Shown here in pieces: positions 19,931-28,770 of a stretch of 64,000 bases of DNA. This stretch comes from Candidatus Kuenenia stuttgartensis (GTDB lineage: Bacteria > Planctomycetota > Planctomycetia > Pirellulales > UBA1268). A model generated the notes under the pieces. It saw only the letters and a program-made list of their open reading frames with translations. It was not told the origin of the DNA and did no database searches. Position numbers and translations under genes: made by a program. Location of the stretch: positions 6,645 through 70,644 of the forward strand of contig CAMBFA010000001.1 in NCBI GenBank assembly GCA_945865325.1. The letters are read 5' to 3'. Each line of letters begins with the position of its first letter. The first letter of the stretch is position 1.

Positions 19931-20656
19931 TCACTCTCCTAGCGTTGTCTTGCGGGCCGCCGACGCCTTCGAAAACGGCTTTGAGGCCTTCCGCGTCGCC
20001 GACGACGTCAGCGACGCCGGCTCTTTTGCCTTGGCCCTCACCGATGCACGGAACGCATCGATAGCAGCCGTTGTCATCACGACTCTGCGAGGCCGGAGGA
20101 TCGTCCAAGCGTTCAGGTCGCCAACTGGTGAAACCGTAACACCCTCGATATTCCGAGCCGATTTCCAGAGATTGTCGTCGTGCTTCTCGGGGGCAACCAG
20201 CACCGTGTGGTCCCGGAACCCAAGCGCACCGAGCAAGCCCGCGACAGTCGACGTCTTGGGAGCCGAAAGCGACAGAGAGTCGATCAGCCGCACCTCGTCG
20301 TCAGCGATCCGTGCCGCCAACGCCATACGCGTCGCTGCCTGGAGCGATTTCCGCGGCATGCGGAAACCAAAATCCCGTGGTCGCTTGGCGAAGATGTGAC
20401 CGCCACCACGACGCGTGCCGCTCCGCCGCCCACCGGCACGGGCGTTGCCCGTCCCCTTTTGGCGATAGAGTTTCTTGGTCGAACCAGCCACCTCGCCACG
20501 AGACTTCGTGCGATGCGTCCCCTGACGAAGATTGGCTTGGTACATCACGACGGCGTCGTGAAGGAGCTGCTTGTTGACCGACGGAGCGAGTTCTGCCGGA
20601 TCGATTTCGTACGATCCAACCTGTTTGCCGCTCAGGTCATATACGGCGAGATTCAC
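19931..20656 (-). CDS. rplD: 50S ribosomal protein L4 (C-terminally extended)
   Basis: LLHDAVVMYQANLRQGTHRTKSRGEVAGSTKKLYRQKGTGNARAG is the L4 core, followed by a ~35-aa Ala/Lys/Ser tail. Confidence 0.93.
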   Translation of the reverse strand: MNLAVYDLSGKQVGSYEIDPAELAPSVNKQLLHDAVVMYQANLRQGTHRTKSRGEVAGSTKKLYRQKGTGNARAGGRRSGTRRGGGHIFAKRPRDFGFRMPRKSLQAATRMALAARIADDEVRLIDSLSLSAPKTSTVAGLLGALGFRDHTVLVAPEKHDDNLWKSARNIEGVTVSPVGDLNAWTILRPRRVVMTTAAIDAFRASVRAKAKEPASLTSSATRKASKPFSKASAARKTTLGE

Positions 20657-21498
20657 TTCGCACCTGCCTTCTTCTTGGAAACCGGCGCACCAGGACCGGC
20701 AACCTTCTTGATCAGATTCGTCTGTTGCACCACCACCATCGCCCCATTGGGGCCGGGGACGGCGCCACGAACAAGCAGGAGATTGTTCTCCTTGTCGAGT
20801 CGGACAACCTTCAGATTCCGCATCGTCGACCGCTCGTTTCCGAACCGGCCGGCCATCCGCTTGCCCTTGAAAACACGACCCGGAGAGGTGTTCATGCCCG
20901 TACCGCCCTGATGGCGGTGCACCTTCTTGACGCCATGCGAAGCCCGCTGCCCTTTGAAGCCGTGCCGCTTCATGACGCCCGCCGTGCCGCGCCCCTTCGT
21001 GGTGCCGGTCACATCGACCCGGGCCACACCCTCGAAGACGTCGACAGCGAGATTTTGACCAATCTCGAGCCCTTCGACCGTGCCGCGAAACTCGCGCACA
21101 AATCGCTTCGGCTCGCAGCCGGGCTTGGGGAGCGAAACAACCCCCCCCTGGGCCTTCCGCTGACTGCGCTTGCTCTCGAGGTTTGCAACCTGCCCGCGTA
21201 CCGAGCGACTGGCCAGACGGCGCGGCTTATCGAGAAACCCGACCTGAACGGCCGAGTAGCCGTCACGCTCGAGAGAGCGGAGGCGAAGAATCGTGCACGG
21301 ACCGGCTTCGATGACGGTGACCGGCACCACCGTGCCGTTCGCATCAAACACCTGCGTCATTCCCACCTTCCGCCCCAACAATCCCTTGGGGGCAGGGCGC
21401 TCGGCTTTGAAGGCCCTAGTCCCACGGGAGAACTTTCTTCCCGCGGATGCGACGATCCCCGCGGATGAGGCGTCACCGGTCGTTGCTTGAGCAGCCAT
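20653..21498 (-). CDS. rplC: 50S ribosomal protein L3 (N-terminally extended)
   Basis: KGLLGRKVGMTQVFDANGTVVPVTVIEAGPC is the L3 core. About 45 residues precede it from ATG 21498, and the track ORF starts at 21528. No convincing SD, so the start is uncertain. Confidence 0.88.
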   Translation of the reverse strand: MAAQATTGDASSAGIVASAGRKFSRGTRAFKAERPAPKGLLGRKVGMTQVFDANGTVVPVTVIEAGPCTILRLRSLERDGYSAVQVGFLDKPRRLASRSVRGQVANLESKRSQRKAQGGVVSLPKPGCEPKRFVREFRGTVEGLEIGQNLAVDVFEGVARVDVTGTTKGRGTAGVMKRHGFKGQRASHGVKKVHRHQGGTGMNTSPGRVFKGKRMAGRFGNERSTMRNLKVVRLDKENNLLLVRGAVPGPNGAMVVVQQTNLIKKVAGPGAPVSKKKAGAK

Positions 21499-21739
21499 GT
21501 AGTACGCCGTCGAAACGCCCCACCCCACGCCATGCGGGGAGCCGGGGTCGCCTCTCGTTCACGCTCGAAGTTGCTGGCTGCGGGAGCACCTGACTACCCT
21601 CTCCGCAAGGAAAGGATCACCAAGCCTTACCCACAACGCCTTCCAAGCATGCCGTGTCGGACGCTCCTGAAAGTGTTGAAAAAACGCTAAACACAACCGC
21701 CTGGCCTTCGGCGAGAACCCCCGCCGACCGCGCCTACGA

Positions 21740-22066
21740 TCACCGCGATGAAGCCTTGATTTTGATGTCGACGCCCGCCGGCAGACTCAACTTATTGAGC
21801 GCCTCGATTGTCTTCGCCGTCGCCTGCACGATGTCGATGACACGCTTGTGAGTGCGGATCTCGTACTGCTGACGAGCCTTCTTGTCGACGTGAGGACTCG
21901 AGAGGACCGTATATCGCTCGATCCGCGTCGGCAGCGGAATTGGCCCATGAACCTCGGAATTGGTGCGCTTGGCGGTATCAACGATCTCTGCAGCACTCTG
22001 ATCGAGCACGCTGTGATCGTAGGCCTCCATGCGGATACGAATGATTTCTTGGGTCGGCCCTGCCAC
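21740..22066 (-). CDS. rpsJ: 30S ribosomal protein S10
   Basis: [40 protein letters not shown] is canonical S10. The track ORF starts at GTG 22123; the in-frame GTG at 22066 gives a normal 108-aa product. Start uncertain. Confidence 0.9.
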   Translation of the reverse strand: MAGPTQEIIRIRMEAYDHSVLDQSAAEIVDTAKRTNSEVHGPIPLPTRIERYTVLSSPHVDKKARQQYEIRTHKRVIDIVQATAKTIEALNKLSLPAGVDIKIKASSR

Positions 22067-22786
22067 GGATGACTCCACTAATTCTGACCTATCGAACCGC
22101 GTCGCTTGCCATCGCCGCGCCACCCACCACGCCCGACCAACCGCGATGTTTTTGGCGTCGACAAGCCTGCCCTATAAACAGCAGCCACGCCAACGACACC
22201 GTTCACCGATAAAAACTCACTTGACCCGATCTCCACGACGCCCTCCAGCGCCCCGACCCGGCCGCTCCAGGGAGCATTGAGCCCCGGAGGTCCGGTGGAA
22301 ACGATGCCGCCCCTCCGGTTGATTCATGGTTGGAGGTGCAGGCTGCGACAGCCTTCGGCGGCCTGTGGAGGCCGCGGGCGTCGCTGTGGGATCGAAGAGG
22401 CAAATGTATGGATGGGGGACGACGCTGTCAACACGCCCCCTTCTCCGGGCCTCGGAAATCGGTATTTGGTCCAAATTTTGAGCGATTCTGAAGGTATTTT
22501 TCCCAGCATGGCGATCATTCGGGGCGACGTTTCACACCCTTGGTGCGGGGCCAACGATTCTTACGGGGGGATATGTTTTCCCTTCCCCTGCGATTGGTTG
22601 CCCCCGGGCAACGATTTGGACAGCCCTGCCAGGCCTTGCTCCGGGCGACAGCTTTGGATTCATCGGCTGACGGGATACCCTAGCTTTCCGCCGCACCGGC
22701 AGTGGTGACCTTTTCCGGTCGTTCGTCCTCACCTCTTTTTTCTTCACCCCGGCCCCAAGTCGTCCCCCCAGCAGGGAAAGCCCCCC

Positions 22787-23830
22787 ATGAAAGCGTTGCT
22801 TTTGACGTCACCCGGTGAGCTCATCTACACCGACGTCGACGCCCCCACGCCCGGCCCTGGGGAGGTTCGTGTCCGGATTGCCGCCTGCGGTATCTGCGGA
22901 AGTGACGTCCATGGCTTCACCGGTTCGACGGGACGGCGCATCCCCCCCCTGGTGATGGGGCACGAGGCAGCCGGTACGGTCGACGCTGTCGGAGCAGGGG
23001 TCGATGACCTAGCGATCGGCACCCGGGTTGCGCTCGACTCGACCGTGTTCTGCGGGCAATGCTCCCACTGTTTGGCGGGGCGGGAGAACCTCTGCACCGA
23101 GCGGCAGGTGCTCGGTGTCTCCTGCGGCCCTTATCGTCGATATGGCTGCTTTGCCGAGCAGGTGGTGGTGCCCCGTCGGGTGGCCTATCCGATCCCCGAC
23201 AGCCTCGACTTCATCGCGGCGTCACTCCTCGAGCCCCTCACGATCGCCCTTCATGCCGTTCACCTCGCGGGCGTCGGCCCCGAGACCCGCTCGGCGGTGG
23301 TCGTTGGTGCTGGCCCGATCGGCTTGGCCTGTGTCGCCTCGCTGCGGGCCTACGGCGTACCGAGAATCGCCGCAATCGATCTCGACACGGGGCGGCTCGG
23401 TCAGGCCCGTTCGCTCGGCGCGTCCGAGACGATCGTCGCCGGGGAGGACGCCGGCGTGAGGGCGGCCCGCTTCGGAACGTCGACACCCGACACCGACGGC
23501 GCCGACGTCGTCTTCGAGGCGGTCGGGGCCACGGCGCCGGTGCGGACGGCGATCGAAGCCTGCACGCGGGGGGGCACGGTGGTGCTCGTCGGGAATGTTT
23601 CTCCGCAGATCGAGATGCCGCTGCAAATGGTCGTCACGCGGCAACTGCGGCTCCAGGGATCCTGTTCGTCGGCCGGGAGCTACCCGGAGGCGATCCGGTT
23701 GGTCGCCGAAGGGAAGGTCGACCTGTCATGCTTCGTCAGCAAGGTCGCGCCGTTGTCGGAAGGGGTCGAGTGGTTCCACCGCCTCCACGACCGCGAACCG
23801 GGCCTCGTGAAGGTCGTGCTCACCCCCTGA
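22787..23830 (+). CDS. Zn-dependent medium-chain alcohol/polyol dehydrogenase (sorbitol/threonine-DH-like)
   Basis: GEVRVRIAACGICGSDVHGF, GHEAAG, structural-Zn CGQCSHCLAGRENLC, Rossmann VVGAGPIGL. Confidence 0.88.
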   Translation: MKALLLTSPGELIYTDVDAPTPGPGEVRVRIAACGICGSDVHGFTGSTGRRIPPLVMGHEAAGTVDAVGAGVDDLAIGTRVALDSTVFCGQCSHCLAGRENLCTERQVLGVSCGPYRRYGCFAEQVVVPRRVAYPIPDSLDFIAASLLEPLTIALHAVHLAGVGPETRSAVVVGAGPIGLACVASLRAYGVPRIAAIDLDTGRLGQARSLGASETIVAGEDAGVRAARFGTSTPDTDGADVVFEAVGATAPVRTAIEACTRGGTVVLVGNVSPQIEMPLQMVVTRQLRLQGSCSSAGSYPEAIRLVAEGKVDLSCFVSKVAPLSEGVEWFHRLHDREPGLVKVVLTP

Positions 23831-23861
23831 TCCTCTCCACCGCCACATCAGGAACCGTTCG

Positions 23862-24677
23862 ATGTCCTCCGCGATTCCCACCGGCCCTGCCCTGTTTGAC
23901 CTCACCGGCCGCACGGCACTCGTCACCGGCGCCAGCCGTGGCCTGGGGCTGCAGATGGCCGGAGCCCTGGCGCGGGCCGGCGCCGATCTCGTTATCACTG
24001 CCCGGAAAGTCGAGGATCTCGCCGACTCACGGGCCGCGCTCGAGGTCTACGGCCACCGGGTCACGCCGCTGCCCCTCGACCTCCGCAGCGAATCGAGCAT
24101 CCGCGACTGTGCGGCGGCTGCGATCGGGGCCGCGGGGGGGATCGACATCCTCGTCAACAACGCCGGCTGCAACATCCGCAAGCCGGCCGTGGAGGTGACC
24201 TGGGACGACTGGAACACGATCCTCGACACAAACCTCCGCGGTACCTTCTTCATGGCCCAGGCGGCGGCCCGGCACATGATCCCGCGGAAACAGGGGCGAA
24301 TCATCAACATCGGGAGCGTGACGAGCGTCTTTGGCTACGCCGGGCTGACGCCCTATTCGGCCAGCCGGGGCGGTGTGAAGCAGATGACGATGAGCCTCGC
24401 TGACGACCTCGGGCCGCACGGGATCACGGTCAACTGCCTGGCACCGGGGTGGTTCCGCACCGCTCAGAACGACGTCATGTACCGCGACGAGGAATGGGTC
24501 GCCTACCTCACCGAACGGATCCCTCTGAAACGCCCGGGGAAGGCGGAAGATCTCGACGGCGCCGTCGTCTTCCTCGCCTCCGCGGCAAGTGCCTACGTGA
24601 CCGGGCAGACGCTCCTCGTCGACGGCGGGATCACAACCGGCTCGACGCGGGCCCTGCCGCTGAAAAAACCACAGTGA
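23862..24677 (+). CDS. SDR-family oxidoreductase (gluconate-5-DH/KduD-like) with Tyr-x3-Arg in place of Tyr-x3-Lys
   Basis: TALVTGASRGLG, NNAG, and PYSASRGG (Y165, R169; CGG codon at 24366-24368). Confidence 0.85.
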   Translation: MSSAIPTGPALFDLTGRTALVTGASRGLGLQMAGALARAGADLVITARKVEDLADSRAALEVYGHRVTPLPLDLRSESSIRDCAAAAIGAAGGIDILVNNAGCNIRKPAVEVTWDDWNTILDTNLRGTFFMAQAAARHMIPRKQGRIINIGSVTSVFGYAGLTPYSASRGGVKQMTMSLADDLGPHGITVNCLAPGWFRTAQNDVMYRDEEWVAYLTERIPLKRPGKAEDLDGAVVFLASAASAYVTGQTLLVDGGITTGSTRALPLKKPQ

Positions 24678-24706
24678 GCCAAAGGGCCGCGGTCGACACC
24701 CCACCC

Positions 24707-25426
24707 ATGAATGACTCGCATCCTTTCACAGTGCCTCTTTTTCGTTCCGCCGCCGGGGTTGAGGAGGCGCTCGGCCGCTTTCTCCTTCCCGCCGACCCGG
24801 CCCTCGATTCGATCGAGCGGGCGAGCGTCGCCGCCGGTCTGCCGGCGATAGCGGTGGCCAAGCCGCTCGGCCGGTTGCTCTCGGTGCTCTGCCTCGCCCT
24901 CGGCGCGAAGCGCGTCCTCGAGATCGGCACCCTCGGCGGATCGGGCGCCGTTTGGCTCGCACGCGGCCTCGCGACCGGTGGAAGGATCGTGTCGCTCGAA
25001 CTCGATGCCGGCCGGGCCGACCTCGCCAGGCGGTCGCTCGCGGACGCCGGCCTCGGCGACTCCGTCGAGGTTGTCACAGGGGCGGCGCTCGATTGGCTCG
25101 ACGCAGCGATCGCCCGGGGCGAGCCCCCCTTCGACCTCGTCTTCATCGACGCCGACAAGGAGCACTCGCGTGACTACGTCAAACGCGCCTTGACGCTCTC
25201 CCGGCCCGGCACCGTGATCGTGGTCGACAACGTTGTCCGCGAGGGGCGTGTGGCCGACGTCGACTGCCCCGATGCGGGCGTGCAGGGGATCCGCCGGATG
25301 CTGGAGTGGATCGGCGCCCGGCCCGACCTCGCCGCCACGGCGCTCCAGACAATTGACGCCAAGGGCCACGACGGATTCCTCCTGGCGGTGGTGCGCGGCG
25401 GCGACGGCGGCACGCGGATCGACTGA
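24707..25426 (+). CDS. Class I SAM-dependent O-methyltransferase (caffeoyl-CoA OMT-like, family 3)
   Basis: VLEIGTLGGSGAVWLARGL and VFIDADKEHSRDY motifs. ATG at 24707; the upstream part of track ORF 24449..25426 overlaps the SDR gene and is not coding. Confidence 0.82.
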   Translation: MNDSHPFTVPLFRSAAGVEEALGRFLLPADPALDSIERASVAAGLPAIAVAKPLGRLLSVLCLALGAKRVLEIGTLGGSGAVWLARGLATGGRIVSLELDAGRADLARRSLADAGLGDSVEVVTGAALDWLDAAIARGEPPFDLVFIDADKEHSRDYVKRALTLSRPGTVIVVDNVVREGRVADVDCPDAGVQGIRRMLEWIGARPDLAATALQTIDAKGHDGFLLAVVRGGDGGTRID

Positions 25427-25440
25427 GGGCCGGTTCTACG

Positions 25441-26595
25441 ATGGCGGAAAACCCCACCACCCGCGGCGGTGAACTGTTCTTTCCGGCCGCCGACGGTCCG
25501 TTCTTCGAGTGGTACCCCACCAATTTCGGCGGCGACCGCACCGATCTGATCTGTGCCGAACTGTCGCGATTGGCTTACGCGCCGCCCCCGCGGATCGAGA
25601 CGGAACTGCGCCGCATCGGCTTCGAGCACCTGGCGACCCTCGAGAGCCGACGGCTGTTCTCCGTGCGGGCCGCCGCCGACGGCTTCGTGTGCGGCGATCC
25701 ACGGGAAGGCACGCTGTTCGCCGTCTTCCGCGGCACCGAGACGGGAAACCTCGACGATCTCCTCGCGAATCTCCTCGTCGATCCGGTCGAGTGGCGCCCG
25801 GGGATCGTCGTCCATCGCGGCTACGGCCGGACCTTCGACGAGCTCCGTGATCCTCTCAAGGAGTGGCTGCTCACACCCTCCGGCCGCACGATCGCCACCG
25901 GCCACAGCCTCGGCGGGGCGCTGGCGACGCTCTGTGCCACCGACTTCCCGGCGGCGGAACTGGTCACGTTCGGTGCGCCGCGCGTCGGCACCGACTCGCT
26001 CCGCCTCCGCCCCAGGCAACCGGGGCGGCGCTACGTGCACTGCTGCGACCTCGTCCCGCGCGTGCCCCCGGCCCGCTTCACCGCAGCCAACCTCGAGGAC
26101 CTCGCCGACGGACTGCTCGAAAACCTCGCACCGCCCGAGGGGTGGCTCGCCGTGGCGTCACAGGGGGCGCTGCGGCAAGCGGCACGCCTAGCGGCCGGAA
26201 CGGTGGCCCGAATCGCGGAGGGAAGAGGCTGGGACCACCCCTTCGTCCACCCCGGGCCAGTGGTCTATCTCGACCGGCATGGGGATCTGCATCTCGATCC
26301 GGGCCTGGAGAGCATCTCCACCGATCAGCGGCAGGCCCGGAGCGACTACCGCGAAGCCCTCGGCATCAGTGGTCTGCGGGGCGATGGCGCGCCGCTGCTT
26401 GAGGCACTCGCCAGCCTCTCTGGATCGCTTCTGCGCGGTGATCAGGCGTCGTTCCGGGCCGCTCGCGAGCGACTTTTCGCCGAAATCTCGCGGAGCGACG
26501 CGCTCGGACGCGTGGTCGTCCGCGATCTGGCAGACCACGCCGCAATCCATTATGTCCGCTCCCTCCTCCGAGCTGCACGACGCAGCGGCGAGTGA
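25441..26595 (+). CDS. Class-3 lipase family alpha/beta hydrolase, no signal peptide
   Basis: FRGTE...VHRGY, nucleophile elbow GHSLGGALA, CCDLVPRVP (candidate Asp) and DHAAIHY (candidate His), with about 150 aa inserted between the Asp and His segments. Confidence 0.75.
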   Translation: MAENPTTRGGELFFPAADGPFFEWYPTNFGGDRTDLICAELSRLAYAPPPRIETELRRIGFEHLATLESRRLFSVRAAADGFVCGDPREGTLFAVFRGTETGNLDDLLANLLVDPVEWRPGIVVHRGYGRTFDELRDPLKEWLLTPSGRTIATGHSLGGALATLCATDFPAAELVTFGAPRVGTDSLRLRPRQPGRRYVHCCDLVPRVPPARFTAANLEDLADGLLENLAPPEGWLAVASQGALRQAARLAAGTVARIAEGRGWDHPFVHPGPVVYLDRHGDLHLDPGLESISTDQRQARSDYREALGISGLRGDGAPLLEALASLSGSLLRGDQASFRAARERLFAEISRSDALGRVVVRDLADHAAIHYVRSLLRAARRSGE

Positions 26596-26639
26596 CCGCG
26601 GGGAACGTGCCGCGGAGGTCGAACGGACCGCTCGGCCCC

Positions 26640-28739
26640 TCACACGAAGGCGTCGGCTGTTTCCGCGGGGGCGGGGCCGTACTTGAGCGGGGCCATGGTG
26701 AAGCTCGCCCGCCCCTGGCTGACACTCCGAACCGCCGCAGAATAGCCAAACATGCTCGCCAGCGGGGCCTCCGCCGTGAGCACCGTCACGCCGGCGCGGA
26801 TTTCCGTGGCCGTGATAATCGCCCGCCGCTGCTGGAGATCATTGATGACGTCGCCGAGATACTCCTCCGGCACGCTCACCTCGACCCGCATCACCGGCTC
26901 CAGGAGCACCGATCCGGCGGCGGCGAGGAGCTTGTCAACGGCGTCGGCGGCCGCGATCCGGATCGCGACGTCCCCCGGCAGCGGCTCGGGGATCGGGCTC
27001 TCGAGGACAACGATCCGCACGCCCCACAGCGGGCAGCCCTTCAGCCCCCCACGCTCGGCACTCTCCCGCACCGCCAACGTCATCGCCGCGGCGATGTCGG
27101 CAAGGGACTCGTTCTCTGGGAACCACCCCTGCTCGACGGTGACGCCTAATTGATCGTCGGTCGGCTCGGCCCGGATCGTGACAGTGGCGACGAGCGTCTG
27201 GCCGGCCACCTGACGGTTTGACTGGCCGACAACCGTGGCGGCGCTGCGGAGGGTCTCCTTGTAGCTGACGCGCGGCTTGTGGACGCGGCACTTGAGGTTG
27301 AAGTCTCGCTGGAGCCTGTGGCGGATGACCTCGAGGTGGAGCTCGCCCATGCCGGAGATGAGTGTCTGCCCCGTCTCCTCACTCTCGCTGGCCCGGAACG
27401 TCGGATCCTGCCGCTTCATCATCTCGAGGACCTCGGAGAGCTTTTTCCGCTCGAGGCTCGTCTCCGGTTCGATTGCCATCGAGATCACCGTCTCCGGGAA
27501 CTCGATCGATTCGAGGATCACCGGCGCGTCGACATCGCACAGCGTGTCGCCGGTGATGCTGTTGCGCGGGCCGATGACCCCGACGATGTCCCCCGCCTCG
27601 CACTTCTCGATCTGCTCGCGGCGGTCGGCCTGCACAGCCCACAGTTGGGCGATGTTCTCCTTCTTCTGCCGGAGCGGATTCCACATCCGGCTCCCCGCCT
27701 TGAGCGTGCCGGAATAGATGCGGACGAAGTACAGGTCGCCATGCTTCTCGGCAAGGATCTTGAACACGAGCCCGCAAAAGGGCGCCGCCGGATCGGCCGC
27801 ACGCTTGACCGTGACGGGGGTCTTCTTCGACGGGTCGAGGCCCTCGACCGGAAGCACGTCGAGGGGGCTGGGGAGATAGAAGGCGACCGCGTCGAGCACC
27901 GGCTGGACACCGATACAGTCGAGGGCGGAGCCGGCAAGGACCGGCACGACGCGGCGGACGAGGGTCGCCTCGCGGATCGCCTTGCGAATCACCGCAGCGG
28001 GGATCGGCGCCTCGCTCATCGCCAGTTCGGCAAGCTCATCGGAGAAGTCGAAGAGGGTGGAAATAAGTTGCTCGCGCCATTCGGAGGCCAAGTCGGCGAC
28101 CTCGTCGGGGATCGGGCCCACCGTGAAGGCGTCGGCAGGGGCGTCCCCCTCGAGCACCTCGTCCCGCGGCGGATAGGTGAGGAGTTGCATTTCGACGAGA
28201 TCGACGAGCCCGCGGAAAGGATCCTTGACGTGCGGCGGGCCCATACCCAGAGGCACATGAAGCACCAGCGGCTTGGCACCGAGCCGCTTCTCGATCTGGT
28301 TGACGGTGCCGAAGAAGTCGGCCCCCTCGCGGTCGAGCTTGTTGACCAGCGCCACCCTCGGCACGTGGTATTTGTCGGCCTGCCGCCACACCGTCTCGCT
28401 CTGCGCCTCCACCCCCTCGCGTGCCGAGAACACGACCACCGCCCCGTCGAGGACGCGCAGCGATCGCTCCACCTCGGCGGTAAAATCGACATGGCCGGGA
28501 GTGTCGATGAGGTTTACCGTCACGTCGCGCCAGCGGAAACTGACGGCCGCGGAGTAGATCGTGATCCCGCGTTCCTGCTCTTCAGGATCGAAATCGGTGA
28601 CGGTCGTTCCCTTGTCGACGTCGCCGAGGCGGTGGCTCGATTTGGTGTAAAAGAGCATCCGCTCGGTGAGCGTGGTCTTGCCGGCGTCGATGTGGGCGAC
28701 AATGCCGATGTTGCGGATGCTGGCCAATTGCCGGCTCAT
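26640..28739 (-). CDS. fusA: Elongation factor G family GTPase (paralogue located outside a str operon)
   Basis: IRNIGIVAHIDAGKTTLTERMLFYT, DTPGHVDF, NKLD; 699 aa with EF-G domains II-V. Confidence 0.9.
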   Translation of the reverse strand: MSRQLASIRNIGIVAHIDAGKTTLTERMLFYTKSSHRLGDVDKGTTVTDFDPEEQERGITIYSAAVSFRWRDVTVNLIDTPGHVDFTAEVERSLRVLDGAVVVFSAREGVEAQSETVWRQADKYHVPRVALVNKLDREGADFFGTVNQIEKRLGAKPLVLHVPLGMGPPHVKDPFRGLVDLVEMQLLTYPPRDEVLEGDAPADAFTVGPIPDEVADLASEWREQLISTLFDFSDELAELAMSEAPIPAAVIRKAIREATLVRRVVPVLAGSALDCIGVQPVLDAVAFYLPSPLDVLPVEGLDPSKKTPVTVKRAADPAAPFCGLVFKILAEKHGDLYFVRIYSGTLKAGSRMWNPLRQKKENIAQLWAVQADRREQIEKCEAGDIVGVIGPRNSITGDTLCDVDAPVILESIEFPETVISMAIEPETSLERKKLSEVLEMMKRQDPTFRASESEETGQTLISGMGELHLEVIRHRLQRDFNLKCRVHKPRVSYKETLRSAATVVGQSNRQVAGQTLVATVTIRAEPTDDQLGVTVEQGWFPENESLADIAAAMTLAVRESAERGGLKGCPLWGVRIVVLESPIPEPLPGDVAIRIAAADAVDKLLAAAGSVLLEPVMRVEVSVPEEYLGDVINDLQQRRAIITATEIRAGVTVLTAEAPLASMFGYSAAVRSVSQGRASFTMAPLKYGPAPAETADAFV

Positions 28740-28770
28740 GATCTCACGATTCCTCGGTGACCGGCGGCGG

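Noticed and set aside
22277-22708. 143-aa plus-strand ORF in the rpsJ upstream spacer
   Set aside because: It shows no GC3 or codon bias comparable to the neighbouring genes, and its composition is Cys/Trp/Arg-rich. It spans the lower-GC region, so it is more likely non-coding regulatory sequence.
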